Positions 14,018 through 27,059 of a DNA stretch of 64,000 nucleotides are shown piece after piece. Position numbers and translations under genes: made by a program. Where the stretch lies: assembly GCF_006345805.1 (NCBI RefSeq), contig NC_043001.1, positions 61,876,001 through 61,940,000 on the forward strand, written 5' to 3'. This DNA is from Octopus sinensis. Lineage: Eukaryota. Each line of letters begins with the position of its first letter. Within the stretch, counting starts at the first letter, position 1. The notes below the pieces were generated by a model, which saw only the letters and a list, made by a program, of their open reading frames with translations, did not search any database and was not told where the DNA came from.

Positions 14018-14185
14018 CGTGTGTGTGTATGTATATATATGACGGGTTTCTCTCAGTTTTCGTGTACCAAATCCACTCACCAGGCTTTGGTCGGCCCGAG
14101 ACTATAGTAGAAGACACTTGTCCAAGGTGTCACGCATCGGGACTAAACCTGGAATCATGTGGTTGGGAAGCAAGTTTGTTACCAT
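13735..14185 (-). mobile_element. SINE family 1 copy
   Basis: Reverse complement of the 2032-2490 family with internal (CA)/(TA)n. Confidence 0.85.
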
Positions 14186-14214
14186 ATATATATATATATT
14201 ATATATATATATAA

Positions 14215-15115
14215 CTCAACTACTATTCCTGGACATACTAATTATCAAAACAGATAAGAACATTGAAACAGACATCCTCTATAAACAAAAATATTCTAAA
14301 CAATACCTACTATTCTCTTCATGCCATCCCAAACTCACGAAGAATAATATTCCATTTAATCTAGCAAGAAGAACCTGCACAATTGTCTCAAACTCTGAAA
14401 CTCGCAATAAAAGACTCTAGGAATGAAAACAAATACTACTTAAAATATCCATTAATATTGATAGACAACGGAATAGAACGTGCCAAAGCAACAGATATTT
14501 AAGAACTAGGAAAAACGAAAAACGCTCCAGAAACATCCAGTTCTCTACCCTTTATTACAACACACAACCCAAGAAACACAGAGGTTTACAACATTATCTA
14601 TCAGAACATTCCACTACTAAAACAAGATCCAAGAAGGAAACAAACATCCGAAATACACAAAATAATCAAAAGCAAAAGATAATCAAAGTCCCTCAAAAAC
14701 TTCTCCACCAGCGCTTAATTACCTTCCACAATTCCCACACCAACAATCAAAAAGTGTAGCCACCCCAATTGCAGTACTTGCATCAACCTTATTGAAGACA
14801 CAACATACAAATTCAAATCAGGACAGATTTTTACCTTAAAAAAATCATTTTAACTGTTCTTCAAAGAATTTAATATACGCTATTAAATGTCAAGATGTAA
14901 GAAAGATTACATAGGTCAAACAAAGCTTACTCTCAGAAACTGACCATTCATCGACAACAAATACGAGACTCCAGTACTAGACAGATTCCACTGAGTGGAC
15001 ACATAGACATATGTGCAAAAAAGTCTCCATAATTCCAAGTCTTCCCACTCTACCATTGTTCAGTGAATACCACAGATGAAGTACAGATAAACAAAGAAAA
15101 TATATTCATACAAGG
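14215..15115 (+). mobile_element. Penelope-like element 3' part (RT thumb plus GIY-YIG), starting at (TA)n
   Basis: TDILYKQ..KQYLLFSSCHPK..KNNIPFNLARR; C..PNC.TC; NLIYAIKC..C..DYIGQT..LR (GIY-YIG). Confidence 0.85.
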
Positions 15116-15139
15116 TATGATTTTTTATTAACTCTCCAA

Positions 15140-16370
15140 CGAACTGGTAATTCACTTCAGTCTACGCCTTTCATTGCACGCGGACGAACTGATCGATTAA
15201 TAATAACGGTTTTAACAAAATCTCCTGAAGCGTTGCTACTTAACAAGAAAGTTACACGATCTTTAGCTGCCTTAAAACCATTTTCTCTAATTTTGCTATA
15301 TACGTTCTGTTTGGCATTTTTTCCAAAAATGACCAGTTTCATCTGCGTTGAAAGCTTTGTCTGAAATGTAACCGCCTTCTTCAATTATTTTGGCTAGTTT
15401 TGGAAGAAATTCTTTAGCAGCAATCTTATCTGCCAATGAAATTTCACCTCTCATTTTTATATTTTGCAGTGAGTATCTTTCGAGGAATTTTGCAAGTCAT
15501 CCCGTGCTTGCAGCAAATTCATTCTTCTTTTTATCACTAGACAGATGTAACGCACTTGATAACTCCAGATTATTCATCTTCTTGTAAAATCGTAATGTCA
15601 TCTTTTTTGTGGTTTTACCATCTACTGGTATCCATTTTTTTTATTTTCTTCTATCAATATTATTAATGCTTTCTCCATTTTTTCTTGAATCATGTCTCTT
15701 GTATATGACGACGACTTGGCAGATAATTTTGTTCCAGAAGCTACAAATCTTCAAATGGCAGCATCATTCCTTTTGATCGTTCTTATCATAGCTGTGTTCA
15801 GGAAGAAATCTCTACCCAAGGACGCTGAACTTTCGCCCTTACGAAGACGATCTTGGTCTCCAAAGAAATTGATGCTCTTTTATTTTTCTTAGATGTATCA
15901 ACCGACATTTTGGGATAGGTTATCACTATCACGATTGCAAATAAAGAATATAGCAGAGGATAAAACACGCGACACGTCTTTCGTATTAGACCCGATGCTA
16001 ACGAATGCCACCGCGAGCCTTCTGATGGAGCGGTAAAAGGCAACCAGAAGTATGTACCATGCATAGGTCCCGCCCACACCGGAGAGCAGGGGATCACTAT
16101 ATAGAAAAAATAGGTTAGATTCTATTTTACTTCGCTAAATTGTTACTTAATCATATTACGTAGAGTTTGGGCATTTTGTAAATTATAATCGATTGATGTT
16201 ACTTAATCGCTTACTTGCCACTTGCTTATAAATTCGGTGGTCACAAAAGGACAGATGTTTAAACCGTGTTAAAGTAAAAAAAAATGCTGCAAAAAAATAA
16301 TCGGCTCTTTTTTTTTGACCGTGTTATTTCAGAACCGTGCAAAAAGAATACGTGCAAAATGAGTATACTA
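15140..16370 (-). mobile_element. Tigger/pogo DNA transposon remnant with one TIR
   Basis: KKNKRASISLETK (CENP-B HTH), FAASTGWLAKF, KAAKDRVTFLLSSNASGD; TIR-like tagtatactcattttgcacg at about 16350-16370. Confidence 0.8.
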
Positions 16371-17649
16371 TCAATCTGTTAGTAGATCTTCCTTGGAAAA
16401 CTGAATGTAAAAATTTCTTATTCGGGCTCAAGGTCTCACATTTTGAAAAAAGGGTATAATCGATTATATCTATTTCAGTAACAGATTGGTACTTTTGTTC
16501 TATTCACCTCGGAAGTAAAAAAAAAAGCAAAGCTGATCTTGACGACAACCTTTCCTTTCCTGTTTAATTCACAAAATTTTTCCTCGCGTTGGATATTTCT
16601 TAACTTCATTTGAAACAGGTTACAGGCGTCAAATCAAAGAGTCCGGATCCTCATTTGACAAATATAAATGTAAAATTGTAAAACTTAATAAAAATTAACC
16701 TGAATTTCCTAAACTTGAATGTAAAAGAATTCCCATCCAGTTTCAATATCACAGCCAAGTTAATACTGATGAATTCTGAGAAATTGTAAACCTCAATTAA
16801 ATGGCATGCGCTTAATTTACTTTTATCTCTTTACAATAGAGATATTCAACGTTTCTGTATCCTCGCCGCTTAACTGCCTGTGTTTCAGGAAAACAACAAC
16901 TATGTAATCAAGATAATTTTAATATAACCTCTCTTTATATTTATATTTCTTTATATTTCGAAGATCAATAAATTAATTAACAGTAATACACTCGTCTAAA
17001 AACTACTCTTTAGAAATTTTATTTTTGATTAGCCAAACTATACCAATATTACTTAAACCAAAACTGCATATCTTTGTGGGGAGTAGACTTCGAAAATCAA
17101 TTGAAAACATTTCAGTTTAAAACCAGGATGTAATAAAGACATCTTACATTAGGTATTTAAAATAGTTTTAAACACGTTTTCTATCATGTGTTATTTTGTT
17201 CAATTTAAGGGCACTGTGGTATATTACGTATCTATTATATCATCATAGAATATAATCTAATTTGTTTTGTTTCGCAATGCTCTGTAATGCACACAGAAAT
17301 AGAGCTGCCAATATATTTAAAGTAATTCAATTTTCTTTATATAAATTAGACAGATTTGAAAATATATTTATTTTGGTTTATTTGTCATCAAAAGATGCGT
17401 TTTAATTTGAAATCAATAATGTGAAGAAATTGTATACGTAGATAATAAGGTTTCGTTAAATAAAATATTCTCCAATTGAGAAAATGTATTTCACAAACTA
17501 GATTAATTTTCTAATGGAAGATCATTAATAAATAATCTCATTTGAATAGATTAGAAATATAACACGAAAATTTATTATATATTCAGTGAACAAAATTGGC
17601 AGTCATCAAAGTTTCATGTACATACACGGGATATTTTCCGCACAGTTTG

Positions 17650-18330
17650 TAACAGCTAGGCAAATGCATTAAAAATAGTCGTACATAATTTGTATATAAC
17701 TGGCGTCAACATTCTTCAAATATCTAGTTTTGTATTATTTTTGCAAAGAAATTTAACTTGAAATTCAACATATAAGCTTCATCAAATCTATGTAACATTA
17801 CTGAAAGAAGTTATAAAGGATTTGGATCGAACATTTCGAATACGAAACCTGCCTCTTCTGCTTTTCAAAAATTTCTTGATTTCAGTGTTTTTGACAACTG
17901 ACTTAAGATTTTACCCCAAAACCAGCTCCTCGACATTTTTACTTAATCCCACAAATGCTAAAATTCAGAAATGACGATTTTAAAAGTTTAAAAGCTTGTC
18001 GAACCAGCAGACGAAATGAGTGAGGTCCCAATGTGATCGTTTCTCGTACAGAAATAACAGCTAAATCTTTAAAAAATAATATTTTTACAAACTTCCAAAT
18101 TTTTAACACAGCCCATTCAGCCATAACTTTCGAATCAAGACATTCACCCGAAGCTTTAAAACCTTCTGATAATCTTAATTTTTTTTGAAACCTGGTTGTC
18201 ATCTCCTTTTTCAACCCTCAGAGGTCCATCTAAGGCTGAGGACTGTCTTTTCTATGAGAAACACTACAGTTAAACATTTTAAATTGTCTTTATTGCATTC
18301 CACAATCTTTCTTTTTCCTAGTAGTTAATC
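17650..18330 (-). mobile_element. Highly decayed Tigger-like fragment
   Basis: LRLSEGFKASGECLD resembles the pogo F.AS.GWL motif; ICGI downstream. Confidence 0.45.
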
Positions 18331-18914
18331 AGTGGTTATGCAATTTCAGTGTACTGAAAATGCGGTGCTTCTCAAATTAACTCCTTCCCTGCACCAAAAT
18401 ATTTTGCTCCGCTTTTTCTTTTTAAATGAGAAGATTAAATATATTTTATCATCATATAGTTTTTCTTACTTCGCCGTGGAATTGTACAAGTACAATTCCC
18501 TTTTCAAATTATCTTATTTTTTGTAAACATTGTGAAAAGTCTTCCCCCTTTTAAATGTTCCCAGCCTTTTTACATGGCTAGGACATGTAAAAAGGACACA
18601 TGGTTTCTTAAACAAGTGTGGTACTTATTCAACATTCAACCTAATAAAAAGAAGACTACAGTGAATTACAAGTTGAAGAAAATGGACCAAAAGAAAGAAG
18701 ATTTCTAGAACAAAGAAACTCTTCACTACTTCAGTTTCATACTATTCCTCTCAAACATCGGAAGGCAAAAACAATGGAATCCACAATATCAATAAAGAAG
18801 CTTTGATATATTCGACAATGAAGAAATGCCGATATGTGTGTTTGTGTGCGCGCATGTAACCATGTATGTGCGTGCACGTATCCGTGTATGCGTGAGTGTA
18901 ATATACATATGTGT

Positions 18915-19001
<87 letters not shown>

Positions 19002-20184
19002 TGTGTGTGTGTTAATGAATTATTTTCAGCTCATTCTGAAGAGAAAGCGTTATCGGTTGTATTTCCACAGCGAAGTCAAACGTATGTTTGTTACACCTAC
19101 ACATATGTTTTTTTTTTCTTTTGTAACCTATCTGCGTGCACACTGTGTCAGTATTCGGTTTACTGTAAGTAATCTCATAGCAATGACCTCTTGAGACACC
19201 CTAACGCAATAAGTTGTCATTTTACTGTACATTTTATCATAGATGTGGAAATCTTGCCGAAACCTGGGACTAGAAATAGATAGAGGATCCAATTTATTTT
19301 ACTTGACTAGAAACCAGACCCAGAGATGCATCAAAAAGTATGTCGAAGAGCAAGAGATAATGCAATCTCAACCCTTTTATTCCTTTACCAAATCTAGAAG
19401 GAAACTACAAAAGGAAATATTGCCGGTAGTGATTCGATATGAGTTACATATTTTTTCTACTACAGCTTTGTTTTTAGAATTCATCGTTTTTTCAATTCAA
19501 TGTTTCGTAAATGTATAGATTCTCTGGGAACTACCGTCGTTATTTAGTTAGGTGCGTAACTTCTTTAGATTCATAATTTGTTTATTTCCCTCGCATTTTA
19601 CTCTTATTTTCCATAGGACGCATTAACACGGAGACCACAACCAAGAAAAAAAAACTCTTCAGAAGAACATAAAGTTTCATTATATGAATTTGTAGTAATG
19701 TGTTTACTTTGCCAAAATACTTTTACAGATCGTTCATGAAGAATAATAAAATAAGGGAAAGAGAGGTACCATAAAAACTGATACCATAAAATTAATAACA
19801 TAAATAAAAGTCATGAAGAAAATTGTCGATGCCAAGTTTTCAAAGAGAAAAATACTTGAAACTCTCCTGCACATTAGCCAAAGAAAATGTATTAGAGCGT
19901 TTGAGAATCTTTAGAATATTTGACATTTTTTTAATATGCCAATATAATCTATTATTTATTTCTTATATACTTCAGGTTTGAGATATATGAAAGAAAATCA
20001 GTACTTATTTTGTATATTTGAAAATAATTCATTTTCTTTACACACTGTAAATGAATTTATCTTTGTGTTATGTAGGTCTGTGTGTGTTATGTCTGTGTCT
20101 GTGCGTATGTATGCATACTTGAGTATATATGTGTGTGTGTATGTGTCTGTATGTGTGTGTGTTTGTAAGTATATACGTGTATAA

Positions 20185-20255
20185 ATATGAGTATAAATAC
20201 ATGCATACATACATGCATACATACATACTACATACATACATACTACATACATACA

Positions 20256-20287
<32 letters not shown>

Positions 20288-20419
20288 GATAATTGAGTAG
20301 TATATGTTTTATGAAGCATTGTCTAATATACATAAATGTTTAAATTTGTTGTTTTTTAACCAAAACAACGCAAGTTTAAAAGTAGAAGATACAGGTCGAC
20401 CTGTATTTTTAAGTTTATG

Positions 20420-20470
<51 letters not shown>

Positions 20471-20590
20471 TCATACACACAACCGCACGCGCGCACACAC
20501 ACTTACATACAAACATACAAACATACATACATACATACATGCATACATACATACATACATATATACATACATACATACATACATACATAC

Positions 20591-20644
<54 letters not shown>

Positions 20645-20645
20645 G
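20185..20645. repeat. (TACA)n/(TA)n microsatellites
   Basis: Directly visible. Confidence 0.95.
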
Positions 20646-21454
20646 AGTGTATGATTATGTATAAGAAAGGAGATATCACTCAGTATTTGTATATACGTCG
20701 TTAAGTAACTGTTGATATTTCCAATTTTCCTTATTTATTTTCTTTCATTCCTATACTGTAGATTGTCCATTATATTTTGATTAGTAATTGGAAGATAAGT
20801 AGCCTCAGGCTAAGTTGGTTCTTGGCCAATTTCAAATGGAGTTTTTCCTTTACGTGCTAGAAAGTTTTACTGACAGACATGTATGTATAATATAGTGCAA
20901 TAGTTGGAACTTCCTTGGCATGGCAAACTCTCGTATGATCAAATCAAAAGATATTCGTAAAGTTTCTTGCTGAACTCAGTAGCACAACAGTACGTTCCTA
21001 TTTACCTACGTTGTGTGTAACGCTAAAACATGAGCGAAACAGAAAGACAGGGAGAGTTAAAAACGCGAGTGAGTGAGAGAGAGAAAGAAAGAGAGAGATA
21101 GGGGGAGGAGAGAGCGAGAAAGTGACACAGAGTACTCTAAGAAGTGAAATGCTGAGCAAAAGTGTGTTAAAATATACATGCAAGAGAGTGATAGTCATAT
21201 TTAAACACAAGGACGGCGGACAGAAAGAAGATATCAAGATGGAGGAAAGTTTGGGAAGCAGCTGCATGTTTAGTTATCTGTCTCTCTCTTTCCCTCTCTC
21301 ACACTTTCTCTCCCTTTCTCCCTCTCTCCCTCTTTCTTCCTCTCTCTCTCTCTCTCTCTACGTTTGATTGGAGTTTTTTAATAGTATCTAATTGTAATGC
21401 TAATACCTTTTGTGTTTGTATATGTATTTATATATGCTAGCATGTGTGCATGCA

Positions 21455-21490
<36 letters not shown>

Positions 21491-21734
21491 GAAAAAGCTG
21501 TTACATGTGTAACTAAACACACAGTTCTGTCAAACGTATCTGTAATATATATGGTAATTGTTACAATTATAATAAAGTTAACCACGTTAAATTAAATATG
21601 GTATTTATATTTTTAATCATTTAGTTTGTTACCGGCTTTTGGATTGCGGTTATTCTGGAACACCGCCCGAAAGTGTTTAGACGAGCATAAATAACCCACG
21701 CAGTTCTTTTTAAGCAGCATCTATGTAAACACAT

Positions 21735-22385
21735 TCTCACACACACATATACACACAGATATGCCTACATACACACACACAAAGATATGCCTACATACAT
21801 ACAGACAGACACACACACACACACACAGATATGCCTACATACATACATACATACATACATACAAACATACATACATACATACATACATGCGTACATACAT
21901 AGAAACATACATACATACATGCATGCATGCATACATACATGCATACATACATACATACATACATACATACATACATACATACATACATACATACATACAT
22001 ACATACATGAATACATACATACATACATGAATACATACATACATACATACATACATACATACAAATATACATACATACATACATACATACGTACATACAT
22101 GCATGCATGCATACATACATACATACATACATACAAACATACATACATGCATGCATGCATGCATACATACATACATACATACATACATACATACATACAT
22201 ACATACATGCATGCATGCATACATACATACATACATACATACAAACATACATACATGCATGCATGCATGCATGCATGCATACATACATACACACACACAT
22301 ACATACATACATACATACATACATACATACATACATACATACATACATACATACATACATACGTACGTACATACATACATACATG
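21735..22385. repeat. About 650-bp (TACA)n/(TGCA)n array inside a decayed SINE
   Basis: Directly visible; SINE family 1 remnants at 21640-21720 and 22390-22500. Confidence 0.9.
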
Positions 22386-22989
22386 AGCTGCCATTCTTGA
22401 CTTTCACTCAAAACTTGAGGCTGTGTCAGAAGACGCTTGTCCAAGGTGCAAAGCATCACATGGCTACGAAGCGAAATGTTAACCATGCGACCATACGTCT
22501 GGGACGGGGTGTGAATCCAGAGTTCACTGGGACTATGGGTTCAAATCTAACCATATCAAATTTTCTCTGAAATGAAACTAAGTATGCAATGTATGATATA
22601 ATGTATGTTAAGATTTGCTAAAGTTTTACCAACAAAGTTGTACAGTCATAGAATGATATAATTGAAATATTGTATTTTAGATTTCCTCTCGTAGTTAAGA
22701 TTATTCACATCTTAACATAAAATAATAAGTAAATAGATAACTCTTAAGATAGGAAGATTACAAGTGTATCACAGGATCTATAAGGTTTAGCGATGTTGCC
22801 CCCTAGGACTACACATTTGATTCTATCTGCGTAGACTTTTACACCATCTATAGAATCATGTTTCAAACAAAATGCGATTTCCTGATTCTCTGTAAACTTT
22901 CAACAACCTTCTCAGTTTTCAAAACAACCGTGGAATTTCTAATTGAAAAATTGATAAAAGTAATATACAAAAACACGAAATCAATAGAG

Positions 22990-23062
<73 letters not shown>

Positions 23063-24715
23063 CTCTGTGTGTGCCTCTGTGTGTGTCTGTGTGTGTGTCT
23101 GTGCCTGCCTGCCTGCATGTGTGTGTCTGTGTGTGTGTCTGTTCGTGCCTGTATGCATCTGTGAGTATGTGCGTGCGTGCATCTATGTGTATGTGTGTGT
23201 TTGCGTGCGTGCATGTATGTGTGTGTGTGTGTGTGTGTGTGTGAAGTGAAAGAGATACAGAAGCATTGGAGACAGTACACGCAGTAAAATATCTTTAAGA
23301 GTGATGAACCTTTAGTTCTTATCAAAATATTTATCTAGAAGAAGGATACTCTGATATGAAATCTAACTATCGTTGAATTTCTGATCACCCAACTAACCAG
23401 AATTAACCATCCTATCTTTAAAGTGAATGTAGTTCTTTGTACTCTACATTCAAACATGATCAATTTCACATTTCAAGAACTTCCATGAACGAAAATCATA
23501 AAACATAATGTTCAAATGTATTCATTATTTTGCGGCAGGCAGCCAGGATATCACCCGCATCGATGGAAAGTGTCACTTGCGTTGTTTCCTCCCTGTAAGA
23601 AGCGATGTACGGTATAGTCAGTAGCAGCCATGTTTCTTTCGTCACTGCGTGACTGAGTGGTCTGTTGTTGCTCTTTAAGAAGTAACGTCAGTAAAAAAAA
23701 AGTGGAGAGATATATTGTGATACAAAAAAAAAGAGAGGGAAAGATGTCTGAGGTTGCGTATGTTAATTTACTGCCGTACATGTTTGCCGATGAAATCTTG
23801 TGCATAAGTGCTTTTTCATATGTGTATCTACGAGTGGCATTTAACATATACGCGTATGTAAATATGCCAGCATAAACTTATTCAAACATTTTGTATTCAT
23901 AGATAACTACATTTAGCAACGGTGCGCTAATAGCACACGCCTAATATGATATTTGGCACACACAAAGACAAACATGATCTCACTGAATGCCATATATCAT
24001 TAATTTATGTATCTAAGTGCTCTGCGAAATGTCTTCGATGTAATGCACTTCATATTTAATGGAAAAGTTTAAATTGAGATGAGTAGTTGGTTTGGGGGCA
24101 ATAATGAACGTCGGATATTTATAAACGAGGGAACATGTCATTCATTTTAGGATGATATTAAAGAATGTAAAGCATATTTGAATGATATTGGTAAAATAAG
24201 CCTTTCGTAATGATGGAATCTAGCCAAATGTCAGATAGGCGGCAGGTCAAACTTGCCAACTTTTGACTTGATAAACATAATAACTGATTTCTTGTATTTC
24301 GGTATGTCGTCGTAACCAGTACCAGCTATTAAATTAAAATAATAAAATACATGATAGCCAATTTTTAAGCTAACTTTTGTCCATATTAAAGACGTTCTGG
24401 CCGAAATACTTTTGGCAAACACCCATTTGGTGAGTCGCTACTTTGACATTGCAACGAACTTTATGTAATTTATTTCAGGGGGATTAAATACTTAGAATTT
24501 ATTATTATCTTATAAAACTCATTTCGCTAGCACAAATACATTCATATTTGTGTGTATGTGTATTGCATACACGGACAAACACACACACACACACACACAT
24601 ACGCGCGCGCACACATACACACATGCGCGCACACACACACATACACACACACACATATATATATATATATAAAATATGTATAGATATTTACACTTATCTA
24701 CATATACATGAGTGT

Positions 24716-24776
<61 letters not shown>

Positions 24777-24782
24777 TGCTCA

Positions 24783-24846
24783 TAGAGTGACCAATGGTTT
24801 CACATCTATAAAGCGCTCAGCTTTATGGAGAACTCATCAGACTCTA
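24783..24846 (-). ncRNA. Type I hammerhead ribozyme motif
   Basis: TAGAGT-CTGATGA-[stem II ATAAAGC/GCTTTAT]-GAAA-CC ATT GG-TC-ACTCTA: stem I 6 bp, short stem III, GUC cleavage triplet; base of stem II non-canonical. Confidence 0.7.
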
Positions 24847-25214
24847 ATGTTGGGGGGCATATCAGCCCTCGTCAAACCGGAGGTAAAAATCCGTTACGGT
24901 CTGTTAATTTGTAAACTAAGAATAAAATAACGTTTGAAGTTTAGCCAGGAGGAATTGTCTCCCTCAGACCAGTTTAAGTGGCAAATCTTATGAACTTAAG
25001 GAGTGAACAGGGAATCTCCACCCTTAGGCTGTTATCAGCCAACGAGGACTTTTTCCGGCTCTAAGCGACCATAACAGTTGCCAACTGAACTAGTCTAAAG
25101 AGATAACTGGTCCTGATTAAATCTCAAATGGTATTTTATTCTTTGTTTTCATATTAACTGACCGTAACAGATTTCTATCTCCTGTTTGAAGAGGGTTTAT
25201 ATGCTCTCCGCCAT

Positions 25215-25278
25215 TAGAGTCTGACGAGTCCTTCATAAAGCTAAGCGCTTTATGGGTGTGAAACCATTGGACACTCTA
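25215..25278 (+). ncRNA. Type I hammerhead ribozyme motif, probably inactivated
   Basis: TAGAGT-CTGACGA-[CATAAAGC/GCTTTATG]-GAAA-CCATTG-GAC-ACTCTA; triplet is GAC instead of GUC. Confidence 0.6.
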
Positions 25279-25346
25279 TGATCGCACATATATTTAACTG
25301 CATGTAAGGACATTACTGCTTCTTTTTCGGATATATGATCAACTGA

Positions 25347-25407
<61 letters not shown>

Positions 25408-25606
25408 TATCAAGATTAATCAGCCGAAATTGCGAGGATGATCCGGTTCTTCACTGAAGATTAAAGGCTTCGTATGACCCGTCCGTGTTTTTTGTATCGT
25501 CTATCTGGATTTTTTGTTGTCCCATTTTGTGTCACCTAGTTGTCCGGACGTTTTGAGTTCATGTCCCATTTTGTATATATATATATAAATGAGTAACAAA
25601 GATGTT

Positions 25607-25772
25607 AGGCGCAGGAGTGGCTGTGTGGTAAGTAGCTTGCTAACCAACCACATGGTTCCGGGTTCAGTCCCACTGCGTGACATCTTGGGCAAGTGTCTTC
25701 TGCTATAGCTCCGGGCCGACCAATGCCTTGTGAGTGGATTTGGTAGACGGAAACTGAAAGAAGCCTGTCGTA

Positions 25773-25841
<69 letters not shown>

Positions 25842-26035
25842 CTGTGTTTGTCCCCCTAGCATTGCTTGACAACCGATGCTGGGGTGTTTACGTCCCCGTC
25901 ACTTAGCGGTTCGGCAAAAGAGACCGATAGAATAAGTACTGGGCTTACAAAGAATAAGTCCCGGGGTCGATTTACTCGACTAAAGGCGGTGCTCCAGCAT
26001 GGCCACAGTCAAATGACTGAAACAAGTAAAAGAGT
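25607..26035 (+). mobile_element. SINE family 1 copy (young)
   Basis: Full head-to-tail match to the family. Confidence 0.9.
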
Positions 26036-26609
26036 AAAGAGTAAAAGAGTATGTACAGGTGTCAATTCATTACGGCCGTGTGACTCCTTTAATTGATTAA
26101 TGAAAACATTATATCATTTGAAAGAAAACATTCTCTGCAGATCACCGCATAAACTTCAAACATAAAGGTTAGAACCATGTTCTTAACATAATCATATCAA
26201 TAATGGAACTCAAAATATTTCCATCGTTTCTTTTGTCATATCTGTGGCAGAATGAGTCTAAAAGATAATGTAATTTATTTTAGGGTGATTAAATACTTTA
26301 GAGAGCAGCAGAGGAAATTGTATGGGATGAGGATAAAAAGAGGGGTGACCTAGTAACTTATATTTAGAAGACTTTATGTAGAATGCAATCTTCAACCATT
26401 TAGAATCAAATCCATTGGGAATTGTCAACTGTTTTCAAGTTAATGGTGATAAATCAATTAATGTCAGACAATCTACTAGACTTTGAATGTACGGGAACCA
26501 TATAACTGGCTTTTCTCTACACGAAAGGGGTTACGTTGTCTGCATACACAGCAGGAATATCATTGTGTGTGTGTGTGTGTGTGTGCGCGCGCGCTGCGTG
26601 TGATGCGAG

Positions 26610-26812
26610 CTTTATATATGCGTTTGTTCCCCACCACCGCTTGACAACCGGTGTTGGAGTGTTTACATACCCATAACTTAGCTTTTCAGCAAAAGAGAGC
26701 GATGAAATTAGACTTAAAATCAATAAGTACTGGAGTCGATTCGTTCGACTAAAATTCTCGAAAGCGGTACATCAGCTTGACTGCAGCCTAATGACTGAAA
26801 CAATTGAGAAAT
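26610..26812 (+). mobile_element. SINE family 1 3' half, diverged
   Basis: cttgacaaccg...aacttagc...cgactaaa...atgactgaaac. Confidence 0.7.
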
Positions 26813-26910
26813 AAATGATAACTGATTTACATGATGGTACAAAAAGTACTCCATCTGTTAAGAGAGAAATATTATTTAATAGACTCAATATATGTCATTT
26901 GTGTGCTACT

Positions 26911-27054
26911 AATAGTTACTTGTACTGAGAACACGCCAAATAATGAATTATGATATGTGTAACATCTCAATACAGTTTGTGTCTGATGACTGTGCTGAGA
27001 TATTACAAATGTTATAATTCATTATTTGGCATGTTCTCAGCATAAGAAACTATT
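26911..27054. repeat. Imperfect inverted repeat, about 51-65-bp arms, 14-bp loop
   Basis: 26925-26975 vs 26990-27040 reverse complement, about 85% identical. Confidence 0.85.
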
Positions 27055-27059
27055 AGACA

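Larger units (their letters stand above)
24781..25285. mobile_element. Non-coding element with about 200-bp diverged inverted arms, each ending in a hammerhead motif (PLE pseudo-LTR-like)
   Basis: 24781-24975 is roughly 80% reverse-complementary to 25085-25280; flanked by (GT)n and (TA)n. Confidence 0.75.

Noticed and set aside
16762-16810. CTGATGA...GAAA spacing resembling a hammerhead
   Set aside because: No stem I and no credible stem II
25400-25575. TA-flanked segment with CTGAAGA and a repeated GTCCCATTTTGT
   Set aside because: Lacks GAAA and stem I; probably a repeat fragment I cannot classify from one copy
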